Of a stretch of 64,000 bases of DNA, positions 52,629-61,147 are shown piece by piece (the stretch's first letter is position 1; every line of letters starts with the position of its first letter). This DNA comes from an uncultured virus (IMG/VR IMGVR_UViG_3300028327_000691) (lineage: Duplodnaviria > Heunggongvirae > Uroviricota > Caudoviricetes), in IMG/VR virus record IMGVR_UViG_3300028327_000691. One strand, written 5' to 3'. A program made the translations under genes and the position numbers. The notes beneath the pieces were generated by a model. The model searched no databases, was not told where the DNA came from, and was given only the letters and a program-made list of their open reading frames with translations.

Positions 52629-52757
52629 CTTCACACCGTCAAACCAACGCTTCACACCGTCAAACCAACGCTTCACACCGACAAATCAACGCTTCACACC
52701 GACAAATCAACGCTTCACACCGTTAAACCAACGCTTCACACCGTTAAACCAACGCTT
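52629..52757. repeat. Tandem array, 6 x 21 bp
   Basis: CTTCACACCG(TC/AC/TT)AAA(C/T)CAACG units. Confidence 0.95.
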
Positions 52758-52778
52758 TTTCAGGAATAAAAACATATA

Positions 52779-54098
52779 TTAAAAACTGATTTCATCTTTG
52801 TCATTGGCTATTACCACATCAAATCCCTTAAATAATTCTGCGTATTGCTTGCTTTCAAAGGTGTGTATTGGCACAATATGTTTTGGGTTGACTGCATTAA
52901 TCATTTTTTCCAAACCGGATAAATCGGCATGACCTGAAGTATGAATATCAATGATATGCATTTTCTTGCTTGCGATAAAATCAAGAAAGTCCTTTGTTCT
53001 TCCCGGCTTAGTTTTATAGCCATCCCACATGGAATAGATAAAACAACCATTATCGTATTTGTGAAGATATCGTTCCAAATCATTTTGAACAGAAGGACGT
53101 ACAATCATTACCAACTGGCTTGACATTTTATCAAGTTCATCTTTGCCGAGTTTATTTGCTGTAAATGGATAGACAGTTTCAGCATCTTTCCCAAGTTCTA
53201 TCATTCGTCTTGTAAGATATGTAGGATAATAAACCTTAATATCAGGATAAGTCTCTCGTGATGGGAATGGAATAGAGTTATCTGCTTTTTTATTCAATGT
53301 TTTCAGAACATTAGCGATATAAAAATCAACCAAAAGTGTTTTATGACTTCGCCTGCATGCCTGATAGATCGTTTTAAGCCTGTCAATATTCTGCCCGGAA
53401 ACATAAATAAGATTAATTCCTTTCGTTTGTTTAAAAGTTTCGGTAAATTGATCTTCAAGTTCTTCTTCCGTAGGAAAAGGTTTGTCTGTGCGTCCTATGC
53501 TACTGCCTTCCAAAAGCAGATAATCAACAGGTCGTTTAACATTAGCGCAAAACCACTCAAAATCATTACTCTTTCTACCATGAAGCCTAAAATCACCTGA
53601 ATAGAAAAGGCTTTTTCCATTCGCTTCAACCAAAAAAGCATAAGCGTCAAAAGCAGCATGATCCATTCGAAAAGGAGTTATTTCTATATCCCCAACCTTG
53701 AACTTTTTGCCGTTTTTAATGTGGTGAGCGTTATTAATAGTCCATTTTTTAATGGAAAATGTATTAGTCAGTTCAATTAGTAACTGCGTCCCATAACCAA
53801 GATACACAGGGCATGAAGGATTAATATGGTTCATAAGCCCGTAATGATCCTGATGTGCATGGGAAATTAATAAAGCTGTATTTGAATTATCCTGATACAA
53901 AGAAGGTATATCCGGTAAGATTCCGTCCCTGATCAATTCATCTCTGGAACGTTTTTCCGCTTCTCTTGCGTCAAAAGGAGTATTATCCGGATTCACAAGA
54001 GGCATTCCAAGGTCAATAACAATCTTTGTAGAATCCGTCCAAACTTCTACACATGAGCCGCCGATTTCATTTGCGCCACGGTGGATTTTGAAGTTCAT
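52779..54098 (-). CDS. MBL-fold/beta-CASP (RNase J-like) hydrolase
   Basis: HRGANEIGGSC, SHAHQDH, DH, SGDFRLHG, HTSGHA, PIHT; AGGAG before ATG 54098. Confidence 0.9.
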   Translation of the reverse strand: MNFKIHRGANEIGGSCVEVWTDSTKIVIDLGMPLVNPDNTPFDAREAEKRSRDELIRDGILPDIPSLYQDNSNTALLISHAHQDHYGLMNHINPSCPVYLGYGTQLLIELTNTFSIKKWTINNAHHIKNGKKFKVGDIEITPFRMDHAAFDAYAFLVEANGKSLFYSGDFRLHGRKSNDFEWFCANVKRPVDYLLLEGSSIGRTDKPFPTEEELEDQFTETFKQTKGINLIYVSGQNIDRLKTIYQACRRSHKTLLVDFYIANVLKTLNKKADNSIPFPSRETYPDIKVYYPTYLTRRMIELGKDAETVYPFTANKLGKDELDKMSSQLVMIVRPSVQNDLERYLHKYDNGCFIYSMWDGYKTKPGRTKDFLDFIASKKMHIIDIHTSGHADLSGLEKMINAVNPKHIVPIHTFESKQYAELFKGFDVVIANDKDEISF

Positions 54099-54245
54099 AG
54101 TTTTACTCCTGTCATATATTTGTTTATTATTCTCCAAAGAATTACAACTTAAGATAATTATTAAATTGAGCAACACTAATATTATAAGTGTTCTGCCTTT
54201 CTTGATTTTGAAATACATATTCAAAAATATACCTTATATTCAGAA

Positions 54246-55460
54246 TCATGTTTCATTGGGCATTCCTTTATCCTCAATTATTAAAAACTTACCTGAAACA
54301 TCATTAAAGCTTTGTTTTTCAATATGGTCTCTTACAGTTTTATTTAAGTTAGTTTTCCAATCAGATAATATTTTTTCAAAAGTTTCTTCATTCATTTTCC
54401 TTTGTTGGTAGATTTTGTCTTTTACTTTATCATCTATTTTACTTCCTATAAAGCCACCGATTTTAAAACCAACAACAAGAAAAGCAAGAGCTCCTACAAG
54501 TATTTTTAAAATGATATTTTCAAATTCAGATATTTTATAACCAATGAAGCCTACAAGAATAACCGCTATTATACCAAAGATAATAAAAAGTATGCCAGAA
54601 TAACTTTTTGGTTCTTTAGGTTTAACGGGTTGTGGTTTTGGATTATTTTTAAGATATTCCGATAGTAATTTCTTTACTTCATCAATAATAGTATGAATAC
54701 TTTTAATTCGTTTATATGCATCAGAAAGAATTTGCGCTATCTTTTTTGCTTCATCTGCATCACGGAGAAACATTAAAAATCGAAATTCTCCAATCTGTAT
54801 ATCTTTGTTTTCATACCCTTTAATCGAACTGTTGTTTGCTGCCAAATTGGTAGGAAATATTAACAATGATTGATCCGGTTGTGGTAAAATAACATAGTCT
54901 TCGCTATGGTTATTTGCTATTTGTTTGATAAAACTAAGCTTTATTTTTGGTCTAAAACACTTACCATATTCATTGCAATCAATAATTCGGTCATCGGAAT
55001 TAAGTTCATTTCTAAATTTATAAAATTCATGTAAACATTTTCCCTTTATGGTATTTTCTATGATATTTTCTAAGTCGTAACCCCATATTCCAACGGTCAT
55101 CCATTCATTAATAGTAGTTTGACCAATGAATTTATTGATATTAGATTGAAAATATACAAATGCTGTTATCAGATTGCGCTCATCGGCATAATTAATTAAT
55201 TCATCTACACGGGAATTGAACTTTTCATTGTTTTCTTCTCTTTCAATCTCAGACTGTCGTTCATAACGTTCTTGTTCTGCATCACGTTGTATCTGTTCCT
55301 GAATGCGAGTTTGTTTCTCGATTTCCTTATTTTGAAGTTCAATATTTTTATTTTGTTCTTGTAAAAGGCGGTTGCGTTCTTCGCTCAGTTTTCTTTGTTT
55401 GCAAGTAGGGCATTCAATGCCGGTAAACATAGTCCCGCATCTAAAACATCTAATTGCCAT
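54246..55460 (-). CDS. Zn-ribbon/coiled-coil membrane protein
   Basis: CFRC..CPTC, Q/E-rich coil, two TM segments. Confidence 0.7.
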   Translation of the reverse strand: MAIRCFRCGTMFTGIECPTCKQRKLSEERNRLLQEQNKNIELQNKEIEKQTRIQEQIQRDAEQERYERQSEIEREENNEKFNSRVDELINYADERNLITAFVYFQSNINKFIGQTTINEWMTVGIWGYDLENIIENTIKGKCLHEFYKFRNELNSDDRIIDCNEYGKCFRPKIKLSFIKQIANNHSEDYVILPQPDQSLLIFPTNLAANNSSIKGYENKDIQIGEFRFLMFLRDADEAKKIAQILSDAYKRIKSIHTIIDEVKKLLSEYLKNNPKPQPVKPKEPKSYSGILFIIFGIIAVILVGFIGYKISEFENIILKILVGALAFLVVGFKIGGFIGSKIDDKVKDKIYQQRKMNEETFEKILSDWKTNLNKTVRDHIEKQSFNDVSGKFLIIEDKGMPNET

Positions 55461-55532
55461 ATAATAACCTCTCTTTAATATGTGAACTAAAAACGTATAT
55501 GTTTTTAGTAATGAATCAAGATGATTCCATCA

Positions 55533-56348
55533 TTAATCAGTTTTCTTCCAAAGGTTTTCGGCACTGATACCTTTTATATTCCCTATAGAATAACAAGAAA
55601 CATTATAGGAATTCAGCTTCTTTGTTATCTTATCTAGTCCTCCCTCTTTTTGATCTTTATCAAAACCGAATATCAGCAATCTAACCTTATCATCCATCTT
55701 TTCCGGAGTAGATAATTTTTGGCTAAAAAATTTGTTTAGTGTATCAATATGTTCTTTATAGGCTGGTAAAAAATCATTCCTTCTGGCAATCAATTCCTCG
55801 TAACGTTCCAGTTGCTCAACTACCTCAGGTTTTGTTTTCGATTTGATTTCTTTATTATCATACTTTTTTGCCTCAATAAAACGTAATTTTCTAAGATCTT
55901 TGTTGAAAAGTAAAATATCTATACGTGTCTCTTTGTCTCCCGGAGCAGTAATTTCAATATCCAATACCACTACATTACTTTTATCAGATGTGTAAGGATA
56001 TTTGTGGTATATACAGGATACCCCTTGTGCTTCAGTGTCTGCCGAGTATTTTTTACAATTCTCCTTTATACGGTCATATCCATCCAGAAAAATGTTTTTT
56101 TCAAATATATCTCCCTCAAGAGGTTTATCAATAAATGCTACATATTTTACATTTGTAGAAAACCCCTCACTTCCAAATCTAAAAAGGCGTCCACCGTTAT
56201 AATAGAAACTAAAATAATTGTCGCGAATAGCGAGGAAAACATTACTGTTCTTAAAACAATCCGCCGACAGTTTCTTGCCCCATAGATCGGTGTCCTTGAG
56301 ATTTGAAATAATTTTATTGTCAATGTACCTTGAAAATTTTGCTACCAT
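55533..56348 (-). CDS. Putative PD-(D/E)xK nuclease
   Basis: AIRDNY..YYNGG; DIE..RIDIL..FIEAK..QL.RY. Confidence 0.65.
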   Translation of the reverse strand: MVAKFSRYIDNKIISNLKDTDLWGKKLSADCFKNSNVFLAIRDNYFSFYYNGGRLFRFGSEGFSTNVKYVAFIDKPLEGDIFEKNIFLDGYDRIKENCKKYSADTEAQGVSCIYHKYPYTSDKSNVVVLDIEITAPGDKETRIDILLFNKDLRKLRFIEAKKYDNKEIKSKTKPEVVEQLERYEELIARRNDFLPAYKEHIDTLNKFFSQKLSTPEKMDDKVRLLIFGFDKDQKEGGLDKITKKLNSYNVSCYSIGNIKGISAENLWKKTD

Positions 56349-56394
56349 AAAATTTTCCTTTTATCTGCTTTATCTCCCAACATACCTGTCAAGG

Positions 56395-56411
56395 GTGTCA
56401 TTTTCTGACAC
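56395..56411 (-). promoter_or_regulatory. GTGYCA-N5-TGRCAC box 6
   Basis: GTGTCA ttttc TGACAC; on the minus strand N10 then TATGTT, upstream of 56348. Confidence 0.75.
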
Positions 56412-56565
56412 TCTTATACAAAGTTTTCTTTAAAAAAACCTTCTTTTTCAGTGATTATAGCCATAAAGAAACATAAAAACAACCGCTAATAAGGCTATTG
56501 TTAATAAAATCATACAATGATGACATTTTAAGACACTGTTGGAAGTAAGGAGAATAACACTGGTT

Positions 56566-56886
56566 ATGACAGATATCCAAACGCTTCTGGCACTGAATCT
56601 TAAAAAATATCGAAAAATATTGGGATTTTCACAGGCGGCATTGGCAGAGAAGGTTAATTGTTCAACTACCTTTATCGGCAATATTGAAATTAAAAAACGA
56701 TTCCCTTCGGCCCAATACCTTAACCGTATAATTAAGGTTTTGGGCGTAAAACCGGCCGATTTGTTCGCCGATGGGGGAGATTCGGAGGTAATTGCCCATC
56801 TTTCCAATAATAAGAAACGAAAGGCTCAACTTGAAAGAGATGTTAAGAAAGCTATTTCCAAAGTATTTGACGAAAGCGACCTATAG
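56566..56886 (+). CDS. XRE-family HTH regulator
   Basis: NLKKYRKILGFSQAALAE..IEIKKRFPS. Confidence 0.9.
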   Translation: MTDIQTLLALNLKKYRKILGFSQAALAEKVNCSTTFIGNIEIKKRFPSAQYLNRIIKVLGVKPADLFADGGDSEVIAHLSNNKKRKAQLERDVKKAISKVFDESDL

Positions 56887-57137
56887 AGCCTTGATGTGCC
56901 CTCCAATCTCTTGGAAATGGGTATATTTTATGAAAAACGTACTCTTGAGCAAGTGGCTATACCCACTTGCTAATTTCCCTTTCTTTTGTTATTAAAATTG
57001 TTACTAAAACCCTTGATCTTTTCGATTCATTCAGGTACACTTCTATTCGTGCTAGTTCTACTTATCTCTATATGGGATAAAGAATTAGTTCATAGTAATG
57101 CGTTCTGGTTCTCCCCGGTTCACAACCTTAGTTTTGG

Positions 57138-57183
57138 CTGTTAACCACTGGGTCCGTGGTCCGAATCCGCGCGGGGGAGCAAC
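57138..57183 (+). repeat. att core: 3' half of tRNA-Asn(GTT), copy 2 (attR)
   Basis: Identical 46-mer to 31503-31548. Confidence 0.92.
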
Positions 57184-57186
57184 CTC

Positions 57187-57209
57187 CCGCACCCCGTCAA
57201 GGGGTGTGG
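57187..57209 (+). terminator. GC-rich hairpin after the displaced tRNA 3' end
   Basis: CCGCACCCC-GTCAA-GGGGTGTGG. Confidence 0.5.
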
Positions 57210-57379
57210 ATGGAAAAATCAAAACGCTCCGGCGCCGAAAAGCTCAAAAAAGATGACCAAATGAGGCGGGATTTATCCCGCCGTCCGCGCCGCGGTCATA
57301 GCGAGGTACGCAGCAGTTTTCCCACAAAGTAAAAAAGTAGCGACTTTTTTCCTGCTGGAGCAACTTTTTAGGAGTAAGC

Positions 57380-57649
57380 TTGAAAGCGTCATTACACCCT
57401 ATAGCGGAAAAATACCTAAACCGCTTAAACGCGGATGACAGGGATCGTGTTGATGACGCAATCGAGGGACTGGAAAAAGAACCGCCGGAAGGCGACATAA
57501 GGCCGTTAAAAGGACAGCCGGGCTTTTTTAGGCTGAGAGTAGGCGGCTATAGGCTTTTATTCCGAATAAACGAAAAAGGTATTTTAATCACGCATATTGA
57601 CCCGCGAGGGCAAGCATACAATAAGAGAAACAAGGGAGGCAAAAGATGA
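57380..57649 (+). CDS. RelE/ParE-family toxin
   Basis: GDIRPLKG..FRLRVGGYRLLF..IDPRG. Confidence 0.9.
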   Translation: MKASLHPIAEKYLNRLNADDRDRVDDAIEGLEKEPPEGDIRPLKGQPGFFRLRVGGYRLLFRINEKGILITHIDPRGQAYNKRNKGGKR

Positions 57650-57873
57650 CAACCGCCGTATTAAGAAAAAAATTGCACACAATGATCGACACAATTCCGG
57701 ATCGTTCGCTTCCGGCAATAAAGCCTTTATTGACTTATATTGCTGACGACTATTGGAAACCAGTCATAGAACCGGCAAGCCCAAAAGAGATAAAAATGAT
57801 CAATGAAAGAATAAAAGACTATGAGGCTGACCCGTCAAGTTTTGTACCGTTCAAAAGGCGCAAGAAGGGATAG
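57646..57873 (+). CDS. Putative antitoxin
   Basis: 75 aa, overlaps the toxin stop. Confidence 0.7.
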   Translation: MTTAVLRKKLHTMIDTIPDRSLPAIKPLLTYIADDYWKPVIEPASPKEIKMINERIKDYEADPSSFVPFKRRKKG

Positions 57874-57982
57874 CATGGGAGTGAATAATAGGGTAAACAG
57901 AGGCAAGCTATACCTTGATATCTGGTACAATGTCCTGGTGTCCGCGGGATTTTTAGATTCTTTTCCTTGCAGATAGGCGCGC

Positions 57983-58198
57983 CTATCCCTCTTTTGACCC
58001 AATCAATGTAAAAGTCAACCCGCACTGGTAACGCGCTGCGGGATTATCGGGGTTATTGATTTTCCCGTTGGCGTAAAAACCTTTGCTTCCTGTTTTGAAA
58101 TCTTTTTGATTCGCGAATAACCGCGCCCATTCTTTGCCGTTACCATCAAGGATAACCACTTGCAGAGCCGCCGGGGCTTTGTCATCTTTCATAGCCAT
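57983..58198 (-). CDS. Small hypothetical protein
   Basis: GGAGG RBS; FKTGSKGFYANGKI. Confidence 0.7.
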   Translation of the reverse strand: MAMKDDKAPAALQVVILDGNGKEWARLFANQKDFKTGSKGFYANGKINNPDNPAARYQCGLTFTLIGSKEG

Positions 58199-58298
58199 AA
58201 TTTAATATCCTCCCAAAAGCCGGATATGTCAAGTCCGATTTTCTTTTTTTGTTGAATATGTAAGAATCTTATGAAAGATGGTGTTATAATAATTTAGT

Positions 58299-59594
58299 AT
58301 GGATCAAAAGGATTATTTAGAAAGAATCCGCAAGCGTGAACAAAGGGCGGCATACAGGGAAAAGCGTCTGAACCATGAACAGGAAAAACGCGAATGGGAA
58401 CGAAAGAAACAGGCACATCGGGAACGAATTAACAATGCGGTCCCCGGAGTATTAAGGGAAGACAATAAAAAAACGGACAAACCTGAGAAAAAGCCAGGAG
58501 CGGAAACATTTATTAACTTGTATTCATACATCGCCCGGACCGCTTTTGATAAAAGGGATTCAATTCCTTCAAACTGGAAACCCGCTTCATACAATGTGCA
58601 AAAACAACACTTTGAATTTTTAAAAAGTTTTGTCTATCCGTATCCCTTGCCGGAAATATTGATCTGGGCAACGCATACCCCGGAATATTTCCGAAATGAC
58701 GAAGGAGACGGGGCCAGAAACGCTAATTGCGGTTTGATACGGCTGGCGAAAAAATGGATTAACGACATAGCCGGAGGCGGATCGTTTTATAAGAAAAACA
58801 TGAAGTTTTTCACCAGAGCGGAAGCGCATTATTTTCTATGCTCGAAAGTGCCTTACGAGGATTGCAGTTCTATAATCAAGCTGTATTTCTACGCGAAATG
58901 CAGGGCAAGGGCTATAAATCACAAATTGAGCATGATTACGGCGGCTGTGTTCCATGTGAAGTTTTTAACTTGTTTCAAAAACAGCCTTATAGAAAGCTTC
59001 CTTGATTTGATTGCGAGAACGCCCGAGTATCGGTATGACAAAGGGACAATCGGAGACATCTGCGATTTTATCCTTGCGAAAATACGGGAACGGAAGAATA
59101 GTTCTTTCTCCTTTAGCGGCCGGACGATTTACAGCGTCATAAAGCTTTGCAACGAATGGCACGAACAGGTCAGGAGAGAAGCGGAACGGGCGCGGAGAAT
59201 GGCCGCTTTGCCAAACGGAAAGCCCGGCGGTATTCCGCGCTGGAGAGGACTGGGGATAGGCCGTTTCAGGTACGAAACGGAAGAATGCGTTTGGGTTGTA
59301 ACGGAACTTACGTCGGCTCAGGATTTGGTAAATGAAGGGCGCAAGATGAAGAATTGCGTAGGAGGTTATGCGGACAAATGCGCTTCCGGCTATTCCTCCG
59401 TTTTCTCGGTCGAAAGATTCAATAGAGAGAATAATCAGCTTATTGAAAATGCCGCTACTCTGGAAGTTAATGTTTCAAACCGTACGTTAATTCAGGCAAA
59501 AGGAAAATGTAACGCCGCGCTGCCGTCCCAAACCATGAGCGTGATTTCCCGATGGGCCGCAAGCAACGGGATTATTGTCAGGTTGACGGCGTAA
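58299..59594 (+). CDS. PcfJ-like domain protein (copy 2)
   Basis: End-to-end paralogue of 18089-19381. Confidence 0.85.
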   Translation: MDQKDYLERIRKREQRAAYREKRLNHEQEKREWERKKQAHRERINNAVPGVLREDNKKTDKPEKKPGAETFINLYSYIARTAFDKRDSIPSNWKPASYNVQKQHFEFLKSFVYPYPLPEILIWATHTPEYFRNDEGDGARNANCGLIRLAKKWINDIAGGGSFYKKNMKFFTRAEAHYFLCSKVPYEDCSSIIKLYFYAKCRARAINHKLSMITAAVFHVKFLTCFKNSLIESFLDLIARTPEYRYDKGTIGDICDFILAKIRERKNSSFSFSGRTIYSVIKLCNEWHEQVRREAERARRMAALPNGKPGGIPRWRGLGIGRFRYETEECVWVVTELTSAQDLVNEGRKMKNCVGGYADKCASGYSSVFSVERFNRENNQLIENAATLEVNVSNRTLIQAKGKCNAALPSQTMSVISRWAASNGIIVRLTA

Positions 59595-59665
59595 TCAATT
59601 CCATGTATAATTTTATGGACAGATAATAAACCTAATTCCTTATAACCGGATGAGGAGGCATTTAA

Positions 59666-61147
59666 ATGTCTACTAATTTAAAACTTGCAATAACCAAAAT
59701 CGGTGACTTATTGCTGAGCAATAAAATTACACAGACACAGGATAAAGACGGTAACGAAATATCTAACATTAATTTAATGATACCAAATTATCAAAGGCCA
59801 TATAAGTGGACTGCCAAACATGTAATTCAATTATTGGACGATATTATTGAGGCAAAAAACGCGAACAAGGAAACATATCGCGTCGGAACGCTTATTCTTC
59901 ATCAGGAAAACGGAATAACTTATAACATAGTTGACGGACAGCAAAGAACCATTACCTTTTCACTGTTATTAAAGGCTTTTAAAACCAATCCGGATATCAG
60001 GTTTTTAGAGCAGCTTTTGGCGGATAATCAGTATAACACGCGCAATGTACCAAATAATTTCCGTACTCTGGAAACGCGCATTGATAACATTATGGATGAA
60101 AAAGAAAAGAAGGAGCTATTTGAATATATTCAGAAAAACTGCGAGCTTATAGTTGTAATCACCGATGACATTTCAGAAGCTTTCCAGTTCTTTGATTCAC
60201 AAAACGCCCGCGGTAAAAAGCTGTATCCGCATGATTTGCTCAAAGCGTATCATCTTCGCGAGATGAACGATATGGACACGGCGGAAATCGAGAAGACGGT
60301 AAAGGATTGGGAGGATTTAAACCAGGAAGCTTTGTCCGCGCTGTTCAATGAGTATCTGTACCGCGTTAAAGAATGGGTGAAGGGCGACAGGGCGTGGGAA
60401 TTAACAGAGCAAAATATCCATAAATTTAAGGGTATAACCCGGCAGAAAAATTATCCTTATGCGCAGTTTTACAAAGGCGCATACGCGTATTCGGATATGG
60501 TCAAACATTCCGCAATGCCGTTTGTTGCGGGCATACGAAACCTTAACGCTTTTCAATTAGACACCCCGATTATCGCGGGGAAACCGTTTTTTGACTACGC
60601 AAAGCATTACTTTGAGATTCTGAAGGATATTCAGAATAATGACAAATACGAAGGTTATTTCATCAATGATAACAAAATTGTAAAAACACTTGACCTGGGC
60701 AAGTATAGAAACGGCGTAGGAAACCGGATTACAAGACTGTTATTCGATACCGCTATTTTGCTTTACGTCGACAGGTTCTGCCCGGAAAGACCGGCAAAAA
60801 AAGATTTGGATATGCTAGACCAGTTTGTGGTATTTGCATTTATCTGGGCTTATTCGCTTAGGGCGCAGTATTACAATCTTGGCTGGCTTTCTGCGCAGAA
60901 CTTTATTATGGGCAATGATGACGTGATTAACTCGTTCAACATTTACAGAGTCATAACGGAAGCCGATTCGCCCGAAGCGCTCCTGAGTATGCTTGCTGAT
61001 AAAGTAAAACCTTTGCCTGACAACTCCATAGTACAAAGATACAAAGATAACATAGATGAACTTGTTAAAGACGATAATAAAGACGAAGTATATCAAAACT
61101 TTCTTTTCTACTTTAAGAAGTACAAATTTTACGGAGAACGAAAATGA
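59666..61147 (+). CDS. DUF262 (GmrS-like) protein
   Basis: IPNYQRPYKW, VDGQQR, FDSQNARG. Confidence 0.9.
   Translation: MSTNLKLAITKIGDLLLSNKITQTQDKDGNEISNINLMIPNYQRPYKWTAKHVIQLLDDIIEAKNANKETYRVGTLILHQENGITYNIVDGQQRTITFSLLLKAFKTNPDIRFLEQLLADNQYNTRNVPNNFRTLETRIDNIMDEKEKKELFEYIQKNCELIVVITDDISEAFQFFDSQNARGKKLYPHDLLKAYHLREMNDMDTAEIEKTVKDWEDLNQEALSALFNEYLYRVKEWVKGDRAWELTEQNIHKFKGITRQKNYPYAQFYKGAYAYSDMVKHSAMPFVAGIRNLNAFQLDTPIIAGKPFFDYAKHYFEILKDIQNNDKYEGYFINDNKIVKTLDLGKYRNGVGNRITRLLFDTAILLYVDRFCPERPAKKDLDMLDQFVVFAFIWAYSLRAQYYNLGWLSAQNFIMGNDDVINSFNIYRVITEADSPEALLSMLADKVKPLPDNSIVQRYKDNIDELVKDDNKDEVYQNFLFYFKKYKFYGERK

Larger units (their letters stand above)
31503..57183. mobile_element. Integrative element 2 (~25.6 kb), complete
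   Basis: Flanked by 46-bp direct repeats, with integrase next to the left att and an Xis-like gene. Confidence 0.9.

Noticed and set aside
52629..52757. CRISPR array
   Set aside because: Repeats are contiguous with no unique spacers, and there is no cas operon
52531..52782. ORF encoding FTPSNQR repeats
   Set aside because: TTG start inside the previous gene; probably open only because 21 is a multiple of 3
1..57183. Intact prophage or self-transmissible ICE
   Set aside because: No recognisable structural, packaging, lysis or conjugation genes within the window
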